Of a stretch of DNA of 64,000 nucleotides, positions 36,694 to 44,264 are shown in pieces. The stretch spans positions 64,001 to 128,000 of the forward strand of contig CAWGJT010000001.1 of assembly GCA_963822965.1 (NCBI GenBank). Direction: 5' to 3'. How positions within the stretch are numbered: the first letter of the stretch is position 1; each line of letters begins with the position of its first letter. The DNA comes from an uncultured delta proteobacterium (GTDB lineage Bacteria > Myxococcota_A > UBA9160 > UBA4427). Position numbers and translations under genes: made by a program. The notes beneath the pieces are model-generated. The model saw only the letters and a program-made list of their open reading frames with translations. It was not told where the DNA came from and made no database searches.

Positions 36694-37669
36694 CGGGGGG
36701 CCCTCCTTTGCGACCCGCAGCCTCATCCCCGGCCACCGGCCCCGAAGCGTCTTCACTTCGCATGGCTTCGAGCTTGCGCCGGTCGTACGCGCCGATGTGA
36801 ACCTCGTAACGTCGGCCGTAGTAGCTCGAGACGATCTGGCCGGTCTCCGAATCGAGCTGCCACGTCGAGCCACGGCGCAGAGCCAGGGGTACCGAGGAAG
36901 GCGTGGCGTCGGGGAGACCGCGGAGCACGGCGTGAGGCCCCTGGGCGAGCTGCTCGACGGACTCGACGTCCCGCCCGTAGCGCTTCCGGTACGTCTCCCG
37001 GGCCCGGTCGAGCAGGCGGGCCCGCGACTCCACCTGGATCTCGTCGAGGGCCGCCTGGTAGCTGGCCCGAGCCGCCTCGTCCTCGGTGGTCTGGACGAGC
37101 TGTTCGAGGAAGATCTCGGCCGCCGCGAGGTCCGCGCTCTCGGATCGCAGACGGGCGATGAGGCGAGGGAGATACATCGGGGCGCCGCTCATCCGGCTCG
37201 CCGCCTCGAGGGCGTCCGCCGCCGCGCCGGGGTCGTCCAGGTAGTAGAAGAGGTTGAAGCCCAGGTAGAAGCGGTTCCGCCACTCGTCCGGGTGGTACGG
37301 AAACGAACGGCGGAGCAGCATGTTGCCGAGACGCACGTCCTCCAGCGTGTTCGTGAGCCACACGGCCGCAAAGCGATAGGGGTGGTCGACCCAGGGGTCC
37401 AGGGTCGTCACCACGTCCACGAGGCGCCCGAGCCGGGTCGACTCCGCGGTCGGGTTCGGGCTCTCGCCCGCCAGCAGTACCGCCTGGAGCCAGTAGTAGT
37501 CCGCGAGGATCGCGTCGAAGCCGAGGGACATCGTCTTCGCGAACTCGGGCCGCGGGATGTACTCGTCGCTTCGCTGGGCCCGGACGTCGTGAGGCAGGTG
37601 TCGATGCGCCACGGCCGTGAAGATCACCACCGCAACCAGCAACGCGGCCATTGTCGATCGCCGAGCCAA
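36683..37669 (-). CDS. Pilus-associated helical protein (Myxococcus PilG-like position)
   Basis: N-terminal TM; LGFDAILADYYWLQ, VTTLDP, PDEWRNRFYLGF TPR-like motifs; lies between the pilins and the ABC genes. Confidence 0.65.
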   Translation of the reverse strand: MARRSTMAALLVAVVIFTAVAHRHLPHDVRAQRSDEYIPRPEFAKTMSLGFDAILADYYWLQAVLLAGESPNPTAESTRLGRLVDVVTTLDPWVDHPYRFAAVWLTNTLEDVRLGNMLLRRSFPYHPDEWRNRFYLGFNLFYYLDDPGAAADALEAASRMSGAPMYLPRLIARLRSESADLAAAEIFLEQLVQTTEDEAARASYQAALDEIQVESRARLLDRARETYRKRYGRDVESVEQLAQGPHAVLRGLPDATPSSVPLALRRGSTWQLDSETGQIVSSYYGRRYEVHIGAYDRRKLEAMRSEDASGPVAGDEAAGRKGGPPDGT

Positions 37670-37763
37670 GTCCCCTCCAGGATTCGGAATCGGATGCCTT
37701 CCGTTCGTGGTCGTCGATGGAGAGGCGCAGCGGATCCCGCCCGCCCCCCCTGGAGCTCGCCGC

Positions 37764-38336
37764 TCAGAAGTCGTCGTTCGCCTGGTTGAGCGCGACCTCG
37801 TCGTAGATCGGTTGACTCGCCGCGTCGACGGGAGCCGTGTAGCCGAACATCGAGGAGGCGCAGGTGCCGCCGACGCTTCCGGGGTGTACGTACATGACCG
37901 AGCTCAGTCGCCCGTCCCCGTCGATGTCGCCGTAGGCGGTCGAGGTGAAGCACTGCACACAGACGCAGCCGAGACCGAGATTCGGAGAATTGGTGTCGTA
38001 ATCGAAGTAGACCTGCCCCTCGGCCGCCCAGCCCAGCACGCTGAAGGCCGTGCGGACCGCGCCGCTGTCGCGCGGGACGGAGGTCGGGACGTTCGAGTCC
38101 GTGGTCCCGGGCTCGGCCGGCGCCACACCCAGGAAGGCCTCGGAGATGGCGAAGTAGGCCTTCTGCGTCGTCGCGAGGCTGCCGAGGTTCACGTAGGCCT
38201 CGCTCCGCTTCGCCTTCCACTGGTAGGTCCGGAAGGAGGGAATCGCCACCGCGGCGAGCACGCCGATGATCGAGACGGCGATCATGAGCTCGATCAGGGT
38301 GAAGCCTTCATCTCTGCGTCGGGCTCGGGGTTCCAT
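37764..38336 (-). CDS. Second type IVa pilin-like protein
   Basis: Class III signal RRRDEG|FTLIELMIAVSIIGVLAAVAIP; shares LGWA-EG-VYF and DIDGD with the upstream pilin. Confidence 0.9.
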   Translation of the reverse strand: MEPRARRRDEGFTLIELMIAVSIIGVLAAVAIPSFRTYQWKAKRSEAYVNLGSLATTQKAYFAISEAFLGVAPAEPGTTDSNVPTSVPRDSGAVRTAFSVLGWAAEGQVYFDYDTNSPNLGLGCVCVQCFTSTAYGDIDGDGRLSSVMYVHPGSVGGTCASSMFGYTAPVDAASQPIYDEVALNQANDDF

Positions 38337-38456
38337 CGCTTGTCTCCCGTTTCCTTTCTTTGCTCGCGTCGAGTGGGTCAGCCTGGGGGAGGCGGAGGCG
38401 GCCGGGGCTCGAGGTGTGCTGCTCGTGTCAGGGGCTCTTGTGGTACCAGGACAGTC

Positions 38457-38484
38457 GGGAGGGCCGGACGAATCCGGCCCTCCC
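38457..38484 (-). terminator. Strong hairpin after pilA (attenuating or stabilising stem-loop)
   Basis: GGGAGGGCCGGA-TTCG-TCCGGCCCTCCC, 12-bp perfect stem, no U-tract. Confidence 0.55.
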
Positions 38485-38502
38485 CTCTGTCTGCTTGCGT
38501 GA

Positions 38503-39081
38503 CTAGAAGACGCTCTGCCCGGACGTGCCGTCACACGGACCGACGGTGTCGAGCAGGCTGGCCGAAGGCGTCGCCAGCGCGGCGTCCCAGACGCCGGTGT
38601 TGGCGCAGGCGCCCTGACCGGCAACGCCGGAGACGCCGTTCGCCGGATCCGGCTTCACGTAGCCCCAGCTCTGGGTAAAGGTGTCACCATCGATGTCCGC
38701 CATGGCGGAGGCCGTGAAGTGGTTCGCCGGCGCGCCCGGGGTGTTCACCGCATACACGAAGTACACGTTGCCCTCGGGCGCCCAGCCCAGGGTGTCGAAG
38801 CCGGGGTCCGGCACACCGAACGGCTGCTTGGCGCCGTTCGCCGCGATACCGGCGGTCGGCGTCACGAGCGCGGTCACGAAGGTCCCGAACTCCGAGTTGT
38901 AGGCCACCTCGGCGGTGCGGATGGCCGCGACGTTCACCTTGCCTTCCGAGCTCCGCGCCTTCAGCTGGAAGCGGAGGAAGTTCGGAATGGCGATGGCCGC
39001 CAGGATGCCGATGATCGCAACCACGATCATCAGCTCGATGAGGGTGAAGCCCTCGTTGCGCTTGCCGTGCAGTCTGCTCAT
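38503..39081 (-). CDS. pilA: Type IVa major pilin
   Basis: KRNEG|FTLIELMIVVAIIGILAAIAIPNF; C-terminal Cys pair; sigma54 promoter upstream. Confidence 0.93.
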   Translation of the reverse strand: MSRLHGKRNEGFTLIELMIVVAIIGILAAIAIPNFLRFQLKARSSEGKVNVAAIRTAEVAYNSEFGTFVTALVTPTAGIAANGAKQPFGVPDPGFDTLGWAPEGNVYFVYAVNTPGAPANHFTASAMADIDGDTFTQSWGYVKPDPANGVSGVAGQGACANTGVWDAALATPSASLLDTVGPCDGTSGQSVF

Positions 39082-39190
39082 AAGTGGTTCCTTTGCGCCT
39101 TTCGGGTTGTCGCCGGGATCGCTCGCTCCCCCGACGATGGGGAGCGGACAATCGCCGTGATCCCCGGGTTCGCTATCTGACGGGGACCAG

Positions 39191-39207
39191 AGCAACCCAC
39201 GTGCCAA
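39191..39207 (-). promoter_or_regulatory. Sigma54 (-24/-12) promoter of pilA
   Basis: TTGGCACGTGGGTTGCT matches TGGCAC-N5-TTGC exactly, about 110 nt upstream of the pilA start. Confidence 0.88.
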
Positions 39208-39330
39208 CCTCGCCAATGCCGCCTCACGCATCGGCAGGAATGGGCGGCCGACTTGAGGGCCGCAGGGCTATTTCGATCGCCTGCCGGTCCCTGGCGCGGT
39301 CCCACATCGTCGGGGCAGACAGGCCACAGT

Positions 39331-39365
39331 GACGAATCGCGTCGCTCGGGACGACGAATCGCGTC
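39331..39365. promoter_or_regulatory. Tandem 13-bp sites, candidate enhancer (UAS) for the pilA sigma54 promoter
   Basis: GACGAATCGCGTC at 39331 and 39353 (22-bp period); each has a GACG-N5-CGTC dyad. Confidence 0.55.
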
Positions 39366-39379
39366 ACCCTTCGGCCAAG

Positions 39380-39408
39380 TTGATAAGCCCCCCTGGGCTG
39401 GCTAAGTT
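39380..39408 (+). promoter_or_regulatory. Putative sigma70 promoter of tRNA-Glu
   Basis: TTGATA-17 nt-TAAGTT followed by GC-rich discriminator GCCCGCGC. Confidence 0.65.
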
Positions 39409-39425
39409 GCCCGCGCCCTTCACAT

Positions 39426-39501
39426 GCTCCCATCGTCTAGCGGCCTAGGACGGGGCCCTCTCAAGGCTCAAACACGGGTTCGATTCCCGTTGGGAGCACC
39501 A
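39426..39501 (+). tRNA. tRNA-Glu(CTC)
   Basis: Acceptor GCTCCCA/TGGGAGC, anticodon arm GGGCC-CTCTCAA-GGCTC, T arm ACGGG-TTCGATT-CCCGT, encoded CCA. Confidence 0.97.
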
Positions 39502-39502
39502 T

Positions 39503-39877
39503 TACCGCTACGGGCGCCCTTCGGGCGCCCTCCGCTTTCCCGGTGCTTGCTCGTGGCCGGAGCTCCCTTCTACCGCTACGGGCGCCCTTCGGGCGCCCTC
39601 CGCTTTCCCGGTGCTTGCTCGTGGCCGGAGCGCCCTTCTACCGCTACGGGCGCCCTTCGGGCGCCCTCCGCTTTCCCGGTGCTTGCTCGTGGCCGGAGCG
39701 CCCTTCTACCGCTACGGGCGCCCTTCGGGCGCCCTCCGCTTTCCCGGTGCTTGCTCGTGGCCGGAGCGCCCTTCTACCGCTACGGGCGCCCTTCGGGCGC
39801 CCTCCGCTTTCCCGGTGCTTGCTCGTGGCCGGAGCTCCCTTCGGGCGCCCTCCGCTTTACCGGTGCTTGCTCGTGGC
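39503..39877 (+). repeat. 68-bp tandem repeat, 5.5 copies, directly after tRNA-Glu
   Basis: Unit TACCGCTACGGGCGCCCTTCGGGCGCCCTCCGCTTTCCCGGTGCTTGCTCGTGGCCGGAGC(G/T)CCCTTC starting at 39503, 39571, 39639, 39707, 39775; partial copy at 39843. Confidence 0.97.
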
Positions 39878-40024
39878 ACGTGGTTGTCGACGCCGTCCCG
39901 TCGCCGGGCTTCGCAGCTGGGACTCCGCTGTCCCCGGCAGTCGGGTCCCGCAGCGCTTCGAGGCGCTAGGCTCGGTCGTTTCGCCCCATCCGCCCGACGG
40001 TCACGGGGGGGCATCGGAGGCACG

Positions 40025-40648
40025 GTGAGTCCCTTTGCGTTCGCGTTTCTGGATTGTGAGTTCGGCGGACTCGATCCCGAGCTCCACGACATCACCGAGA
40101 TCGGCGTGGTCTTCACCGACTACCGGCTGCGGGAGCTCTCGCAGGCGGAGTGGAAGGTTCGGCCCCGACCCGAACGCGTCTCCGAGGAGGCGGCTCGCAT
40201 CTTCGGCTACGACGAGGCCGTCTGGGCGCAGGCGCCCGGTGTTCGACAGGTGCTGGGCGAGCTCGCGGCCATGCTGCCGAAGAACCATACGGTGGTTCCC
40301 GCCGGTCAGAACGTCCGCATGGACGTGACCTTCCTGGAACGCGCGTACGGCAAGTGCGGCATCCCCTACCCGTTCGACTACCACGTCATCGACCTGGCGA
40401 CCCTCTTCTACGCCTGGTCGCTGGTCGCGGGGGAGACCGTCTCCGCGCTCTCCCTGCGTCAGTCCGCCACGACCGCCGGGCTGCTGGACGCGAACGGCGT
40501 GGCGCATCGCGCCCTGGCCGACGCCCGGCTCACCCTCGAGACCTTCCGCCACTTCATCGGACGCCTGGCGCCTCGCGAGCCCAGCGAGGCGCTCGCCGGC
40601 GCCCGCGAGCCGGGGCCCGCGGCTCAGCGCACGGGCGAGGCCGGCTGA
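40025..40648 (+). CDS. DEDDh-family 3'-5' exonuclease
   Basis: ExoI FLDCEFGG, ExoII GQNVRMD, ExoIII HRALADA. Confidence 0.88.
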   Translation: MSPFAFAFLDCEFGGLDPELHDITEIGVVFTDYRLRELSQAEWKVRPRPERVSEEAARIFGYDEAVWAQAPGVRQVLGELAAMLPKNHTVVPAGQNVRMDVTFLERAYGKCGIPYPFDYHVIDLATLFYAWSLVAGETVSALSLRQSATTAGLLDANGVAHRALADARLTLETFRHFIGRLAPREPSEALAGAREPGPAAQRTGEAG

Positions 40649-41217
40649 ACGGCGCCGAGCTGTCGGGCCCACTTGTCCACCGCGCGCCGGTCGATCCAGG
40701 CGAGCAGGGGCAGGAGGAATCGCGCGGGCCAGCCGCCGGGCCGGAAGCAGAGGGCCGACGTGAAGTCGAGCAGCACGGGATGGCCGTCCGCGTCCGCCAG
40801 CGCGTTGCTCCGGTGACGCAGATCGAGATGGACCACTCCCCGGGCGTGCATCGCGGCGACGGCCTCCCGAAGCTCCCCGACGAAGCGCGACGACACCCGG
40901 GACGCCAGCCGCGGTCCCAGGATCTCGCCGGGGCGGTACTCGACGGCGAAGGCCAGGGCGTCGAGGCGCCCCAGCACCCGGGGCACGGCGGGATGGTCGC
41001 GGAGCTGCCCGTAGGCGCGCAGCTCGCGGCGCACCAGCCAGGGCGCGATCCAGCGGATCGGCCCCCGGCGTGCCGAGAAGTCCTTCACGACGCACTCGCG
41101 ACCGTCCACCCGCACCCGCAGCACGTCGGCATTGCCGTCGCCGCCCCGGCTCAGCACCTGCACCTCCGCGCGCGCGAGGTCGGCGCGGGAGAGCGGCTGC
41201 GTGCGGAGGGGACTCAC
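40624..41217 (-). CDS. Small kinase-fold protein (RIO/Kdo/phosphotransferase-like)
   Basis: VVKDF (beta3 Lys), RE helix, GVVHLDLRHRSN catalytic loop, LLDF. Confidence 0.75.
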   Translation of the reverse strand: MSPLRTQPLSRADLARAEVQVLSRGGDGNADVLRVRVDGRECVVKDFSARRGPIRWIAPWLVRRELRAYGQLRDHPAVPRVLGRLDALAFAVEYRPGEILGPRLASRVSSRFVGELREAVAAMHARGVVHLDLRHRSNALADADGHPVLLDFTSALCFRPGGWPARFLLPLLAWIDRRAVDKWARQLGAVQPASPVR

Positions 41218-41810
41218 GAGCCGCCCACGGCCACCCCGAGCCGCACGCCGAAGGCGGCGATGCAGGCCAGCAGTGCCAGCAGCGTTCCGAGCTCGTTGTT
41301 CTCCAGGTAGCGCTCCAGGGACCAGCGCCGGGCGAGGTCGAAGTCCGCGACGCGAGAGGCTTCCGGCTGCCAGGCCGTGAGCCGCGGTGCCAGCGCCGGG
41401 ACGGACTCGAGATAGCAGCGATACGCCTCGCCGTGCGCCTGCAGCAGGCGCGCGGACTCGCTCCGCTCCTTGCGGGGGAAGTAGTCGAGGAAGAACCACG
41501 GCACGAACAGCCCGGCGAGCCCCAGCGCCCACCATCCCCCCACCATGATCGCAATGCCGAGACCCGCCAGCAGGGTGCCCAGATAGAGAGGATGGCGAAG
41601 CCGGGCGTAGGGGCCGCTCACGGTGAGCCGGGTCGTCTTCTCCAGGTGGCCCGCACCCCAGGCGCGCAATGCCGCCCCTGTCGCCACCGCCACCACGCCG
41701 ATCCCGTAGCCCACCGGAGACGGCGGGACGCAGACGAGCAGCAAGCCGCCCAGCAGGTAGAACGGGGCGAACCGCAGCCGCAGGTTCTTCACCCGAATGG
41801 GGTTGCGCAT
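41214..41810 (-). CDS. Isoprenylcysteine carboxyl methyltransferase/PEMT-family membrane protein
   Basis: LRAWGAGHL...LTVSGPYARLRHPLYLG; HGEAYRCYLESVP. Confidence 0.85.
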   Translation of the reverse strand: MRNPIRVKNLRLRFAPFYLLGGLLLVCVPPSPVGYGIGVVAVATGAALRAWGAGHLEKTTRLTVSGPYARLRHPLYLGTLLAGLGIAIMVGGWWALGLAGLFVPWFFLDYFPRKERSESARLLQAHGEAYRCYLESVPALAPRLTAWQPEASRVADFDLARRWSLERYLENNELGTLLALLACIAAFGVRLGVAVGGS

Positions 41811-41866
41811 GCGCCAAACGTAATTCGCAGTCGGGTGCGGCGCCCTCCCCTTCGCGGGGGGACTGC

Positions 41867-42055
41867 TCAGCGTGGATCTTCCGAGTGCCAGCCGTAGCGC
41901 AGCTTCATCATCCGCCAGAGCTTGCGGCGGAGCTGCTCTTTGAAGCCCGGCCTCACGGGAACGTCCATCAGGTCCGCGGCGAGGAACTCCCGCAGCTCGT
42001 CCGGGTCGAAGCCCATGGGATCGTCGAGAACCTCCTGCCAGTCCGACTCGCTCAT
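41867..42055 (-). CDS. Small hypothetical protein (62 aa) downstream of the ECF pair
   Basis: MSESDWQEVLDDPMGFDPDELREFLAAD...PGFKEQLRRKLW; natural-looking composition and GC3-rich codons. Confidence 0.65.
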   Translation of the reverse strand: MSESDWQEVLDDPMGFDPDELREFLAADLMDVPVRPGFKEQLRRKLWRMMKLRYGWHSEDPR

Positions 42056-42142
42056 GCCACCCGTCCCTGCCGGCGGTCGAGCTCGCCGCGGATCGTGTCC
42101 CAAGCTGCCCCCCTCTCGCTTCCCCGCCACGCTTCGCCCGGC

Positions 42143-42898
42143 TCAAGCATGGCCGCGTCCCTCCGGTCCCGGGGTCGGATCCCCGGAGTCCGCCTCCGCG
42201 GCCTCGAAGAGCAGGCGCTTCACGCGGTAGAGGCTCGACCGGATCGCGTCGCTGCTGCGGGCGGTCCGGTCGGAGATCTCCTGGATGCTCATGTTCCGCA
42301 GGTGGCGCATGACGAAGATCTCGGTCTGCCACTCGGACACCGACTCGAGCCGCTCTCCGATGATCTCGGTGTAACGCCGCAGGCTCAGGTGCTCCTCGGG
42401 CGTGCAGTCGCCGAACGCCGACGGGGGCCGCAGAACCTCGGGGCGCAGGGCGTCCAGCCGCTGGCTCTCGGTCTTCGCGCGCCGGAGACTGTTGTTGAGG
42501 GTGTTCCTGGCGATGCCGTAGATCCACGACAGCAGCGAGGACGTACCGCGGTAGCTCTCGAACGAGCGGAACACCGCGGTGAAGGTCTCCTGAACGACCT
42601 CCTCGGCGTCCGCGTGGTTGCGCATGCGCGTGTAGACGAAGCTGTAGATGCGCTGGAAGTAGCGCTGGTACAGCTCGTTGAAGTGGAGCTCGCTCCCAGC
42701 ACGCAGGCCTTCCAGCAGCTCGAAATCGCTCTGCTCGCGCAGGGGTGCCTTCTCGGCGCCGATGACGGCGACGGATCTGCGGGCGCGCGAGACGCCCTTC
42801 GTCCGGGACGTCCGGGAGGTGCGGGACGTCCGGGAGGTGCGGGACGTCCGAACCCTGCTCGTCGCCGTCTCGGTGACGTCGCAACCTTCTCTTCGCAC
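42143..42898 (-). CDS. ECF sigma factor with basic Ser/Thr-rich N-terminal extension (start uncertain)
   Basis: FNELYQRY...DAEEVVQETF...WIYGIARN (region 2); MSIQEIS...IRSSLYRVKRLL (region 4). Confidence 0.9.
   Translation of the reverse strand: MRREGCDVTETATSRVRTSRTSRTSRTSRTSRTKGVSRARRSVAVIGAEKAPLREQSDFELLEGLRAGSELHFNELYQRYFQRIYSFVYTRMRNHADAEEVVQETFTAVFRSFESYRGTSSLLSWIYGIARNTLNNSLRRAKTESQRLDALRPEVLRPPSAFGDCTPEEHLSLRRYTEIIGERLESVSEWQTEIFVMRHLRNMSIQEISDRTARSSDAIRSSLYRVKRLLFEAAEADSGDPTPGPEGRGHA
42801..42850. repeat. 9/18-bp tandem repeat encoding (RTS)n
   Basis: GTCCGGGAC-GTCCGGGAG-GTGCGGGAC-GTCCGGGAG-GTGCGGGAC-GTCCG. Confidence 0.85.
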
Positions 42899-43247
42899 GT
42901 CCCCGTGCCCCGAAACCTCGCTCGGGGCGTCCGGGACGCCGGCACCCGATTGATCCCGTCGGGCGCCCTCAGCATGTGCAGCTCGGGGCAACGCGGTCAC
43001 TCCCGCAGTTGTCCCTTCCCAGGTCCCTTCCCAAGGACCGCTCTCGTCGAGGCCCCTTCCCAAGGAAGTGGATCTCTTCCCCTCCTAGGTGGCCCCCAGG
43101 ATCATCGTGTGGCAAAGAAAGTGCGGAGACGGCCCGGGGGGAGGGCGCGCGGCCTGCGCGCCTCCTCCGGCCCGACCATCGCCCGCCCCGCTGCCCGGCG
43201 GGAGCCGGGACGCGCGGCGGCCGGGGCCGATCCGCAGGATCCCCGGA

Positions 43248-43832
43248 TCAGCTCTGCAGCAGGTGCTCGAGCCCGGGCGTGCCGTCCGCAATGGCCCGCC
43301 GCATGCGATAGAGGTTGGCCTTGACCGCATCTTCGGACTTCCCGAGCACCTCGGCGATGGAGCGGATCGGCTGCCGCCGCAGGTGCTTCAGGTGAAAGAT
43401 CCGCCGCTGCAGCGGGGTCAGCTCCGACTCCACGATCTGCTCGCAGCGACCCAGCATGCGTCTCGCGTCGACGCTCTGATCCGCCGGCGCCCCGCCGCCG
43501 GCGACGTCGAGAGCACCCCCTTCCTCGAGGGGCTCCAGCCGGGGCCGCGGCCTTCGAAAGCGGCGGTTCACCGTGTTCCGGGTGATGCCGAAGATCCAGA
43601 CCAGCAGCGACGACTGGCCTTCGTACGAGGGCAGCGCGGACAGCAGCGTCATGAATACGTCCTGCGCGACGTCCTCCGCCTCGCCCGGATCGCGCAGCCG
43701 CTTCAGTGCAAAGCGATACACGCGCGGGAAGTAGCACTCGTAGAGCATGTCGAAGTGCTCGCGGCTCCCGCCCAGGATCTCGTCCACGAGCTCGCGATCC
43801 GACGGCCACGGCTTGGTATTGCGCTTGCGCAC
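43248..43832 (-). CDS. ECF sigma factor
   Basis: FDMLYECYFPRVY...EAEDVAQDVF...WIFGITRN; IRSIAEVLGKSEDAVKANLYRMRR. Confidence 0.92.
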   Translation of the reverse strand: MRKRNTKPWPSDRELVDEILGGSREHFDMLYECYFPRVYRFALKRLRDPGEAEDVAQDVFMTLLSALPSYEGQSSLLVWIFGITRNTVNRRFRRPRPRLEPLEEGGALDVAGGGAPADQSVDARRMLGRCEQIVESELTPLQRRIFHLKHLRRQPIRSIAEVLGKSEDAVKANLYRMRRAIADGTPGLEHLLQS

Positions 43833-44130
43833 GGCTTCTCCCCCGCGTTGCGTTCCGCGGGGGATCGACGTCACCCTGGCTGGGGCGGGATGTCACTCAT
43901 CCCGCGCCCCGAACGATGAACCCCTCGATCGAGTCTGGTGGTGCCATTCCAGCCGATGCTCCGGCTGATCCTGTGCTGCTCATGGGTCCCCGGTTCCGGG
44001 CCGGTTCATTGCTCCACTGCCCGGAACGCCTCATGAGCGACTCGACCGATCGTGTCGTCCTCCTGTCGATCCCCGCGAAACCGTTCGGCTTTTCGAAAGT
44101 CGGGGCTAGTGCCCCACGGAAGGGGAATCG

Positions 44131-44146
44131 AGCAAGCTCCATGCCA
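44131..44146 (-). promoter_or_regulatory. Putative sigma54 (-24/-12) promoter facing the ECF pair
   Basis: TGGCATGGAGCTTGCT on the minus strand, correct GG-N10-GC spacing, inside a 430-bp lower-GC intergenic region. Confidence 0.7.
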
Positions 44147-44264
44147 TGCCGGAATGAACGTGCAACTGCCTCCCAAAACGATCCGGATCGCAAGGGTTTT
44201 CACGTATCGAATCCAGGTTCGCTTCGGGGCGGCTCTCGGTGGGGAGGGAGAAGAATTTTTCTCT

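Noticed and set aside
33765..39501. Integrative element or prophage at the tRNAs
   Set aside because: No integrase, no duplicated tRNA 3' end and no obvious compositional shift
39503..39877. CRISPR array
   Set aside because: Units are contiguous and near-identical with no unique spacers, and no cas genes are in the window
39424..40028. ORFs 39424-39969, 39543-40028 and the long N-terminus of 39611-40648
   Set aside because: They run through the tRNA and the stop-free 68-bp repeat; the exonuclease most plausibly starts at GTG 40025
42143..43832. Phosphorylation-activated ECF class (EcfK/EcfP-like)
   Set aside because: Both sigma factors retain the acidic DAED-like motif (EAED, DAEE) that this class replaces, and the nearby kinase is not a Hanks-type receptor kinase
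43833..44130. c-di-GMP or other riboswitch, or leader peptide, in the long ECF leader
   Set aside because: Hairpins are present but I could not match the GEMM consensus or a well-spaced RBS-start pair; needs an Rfam search
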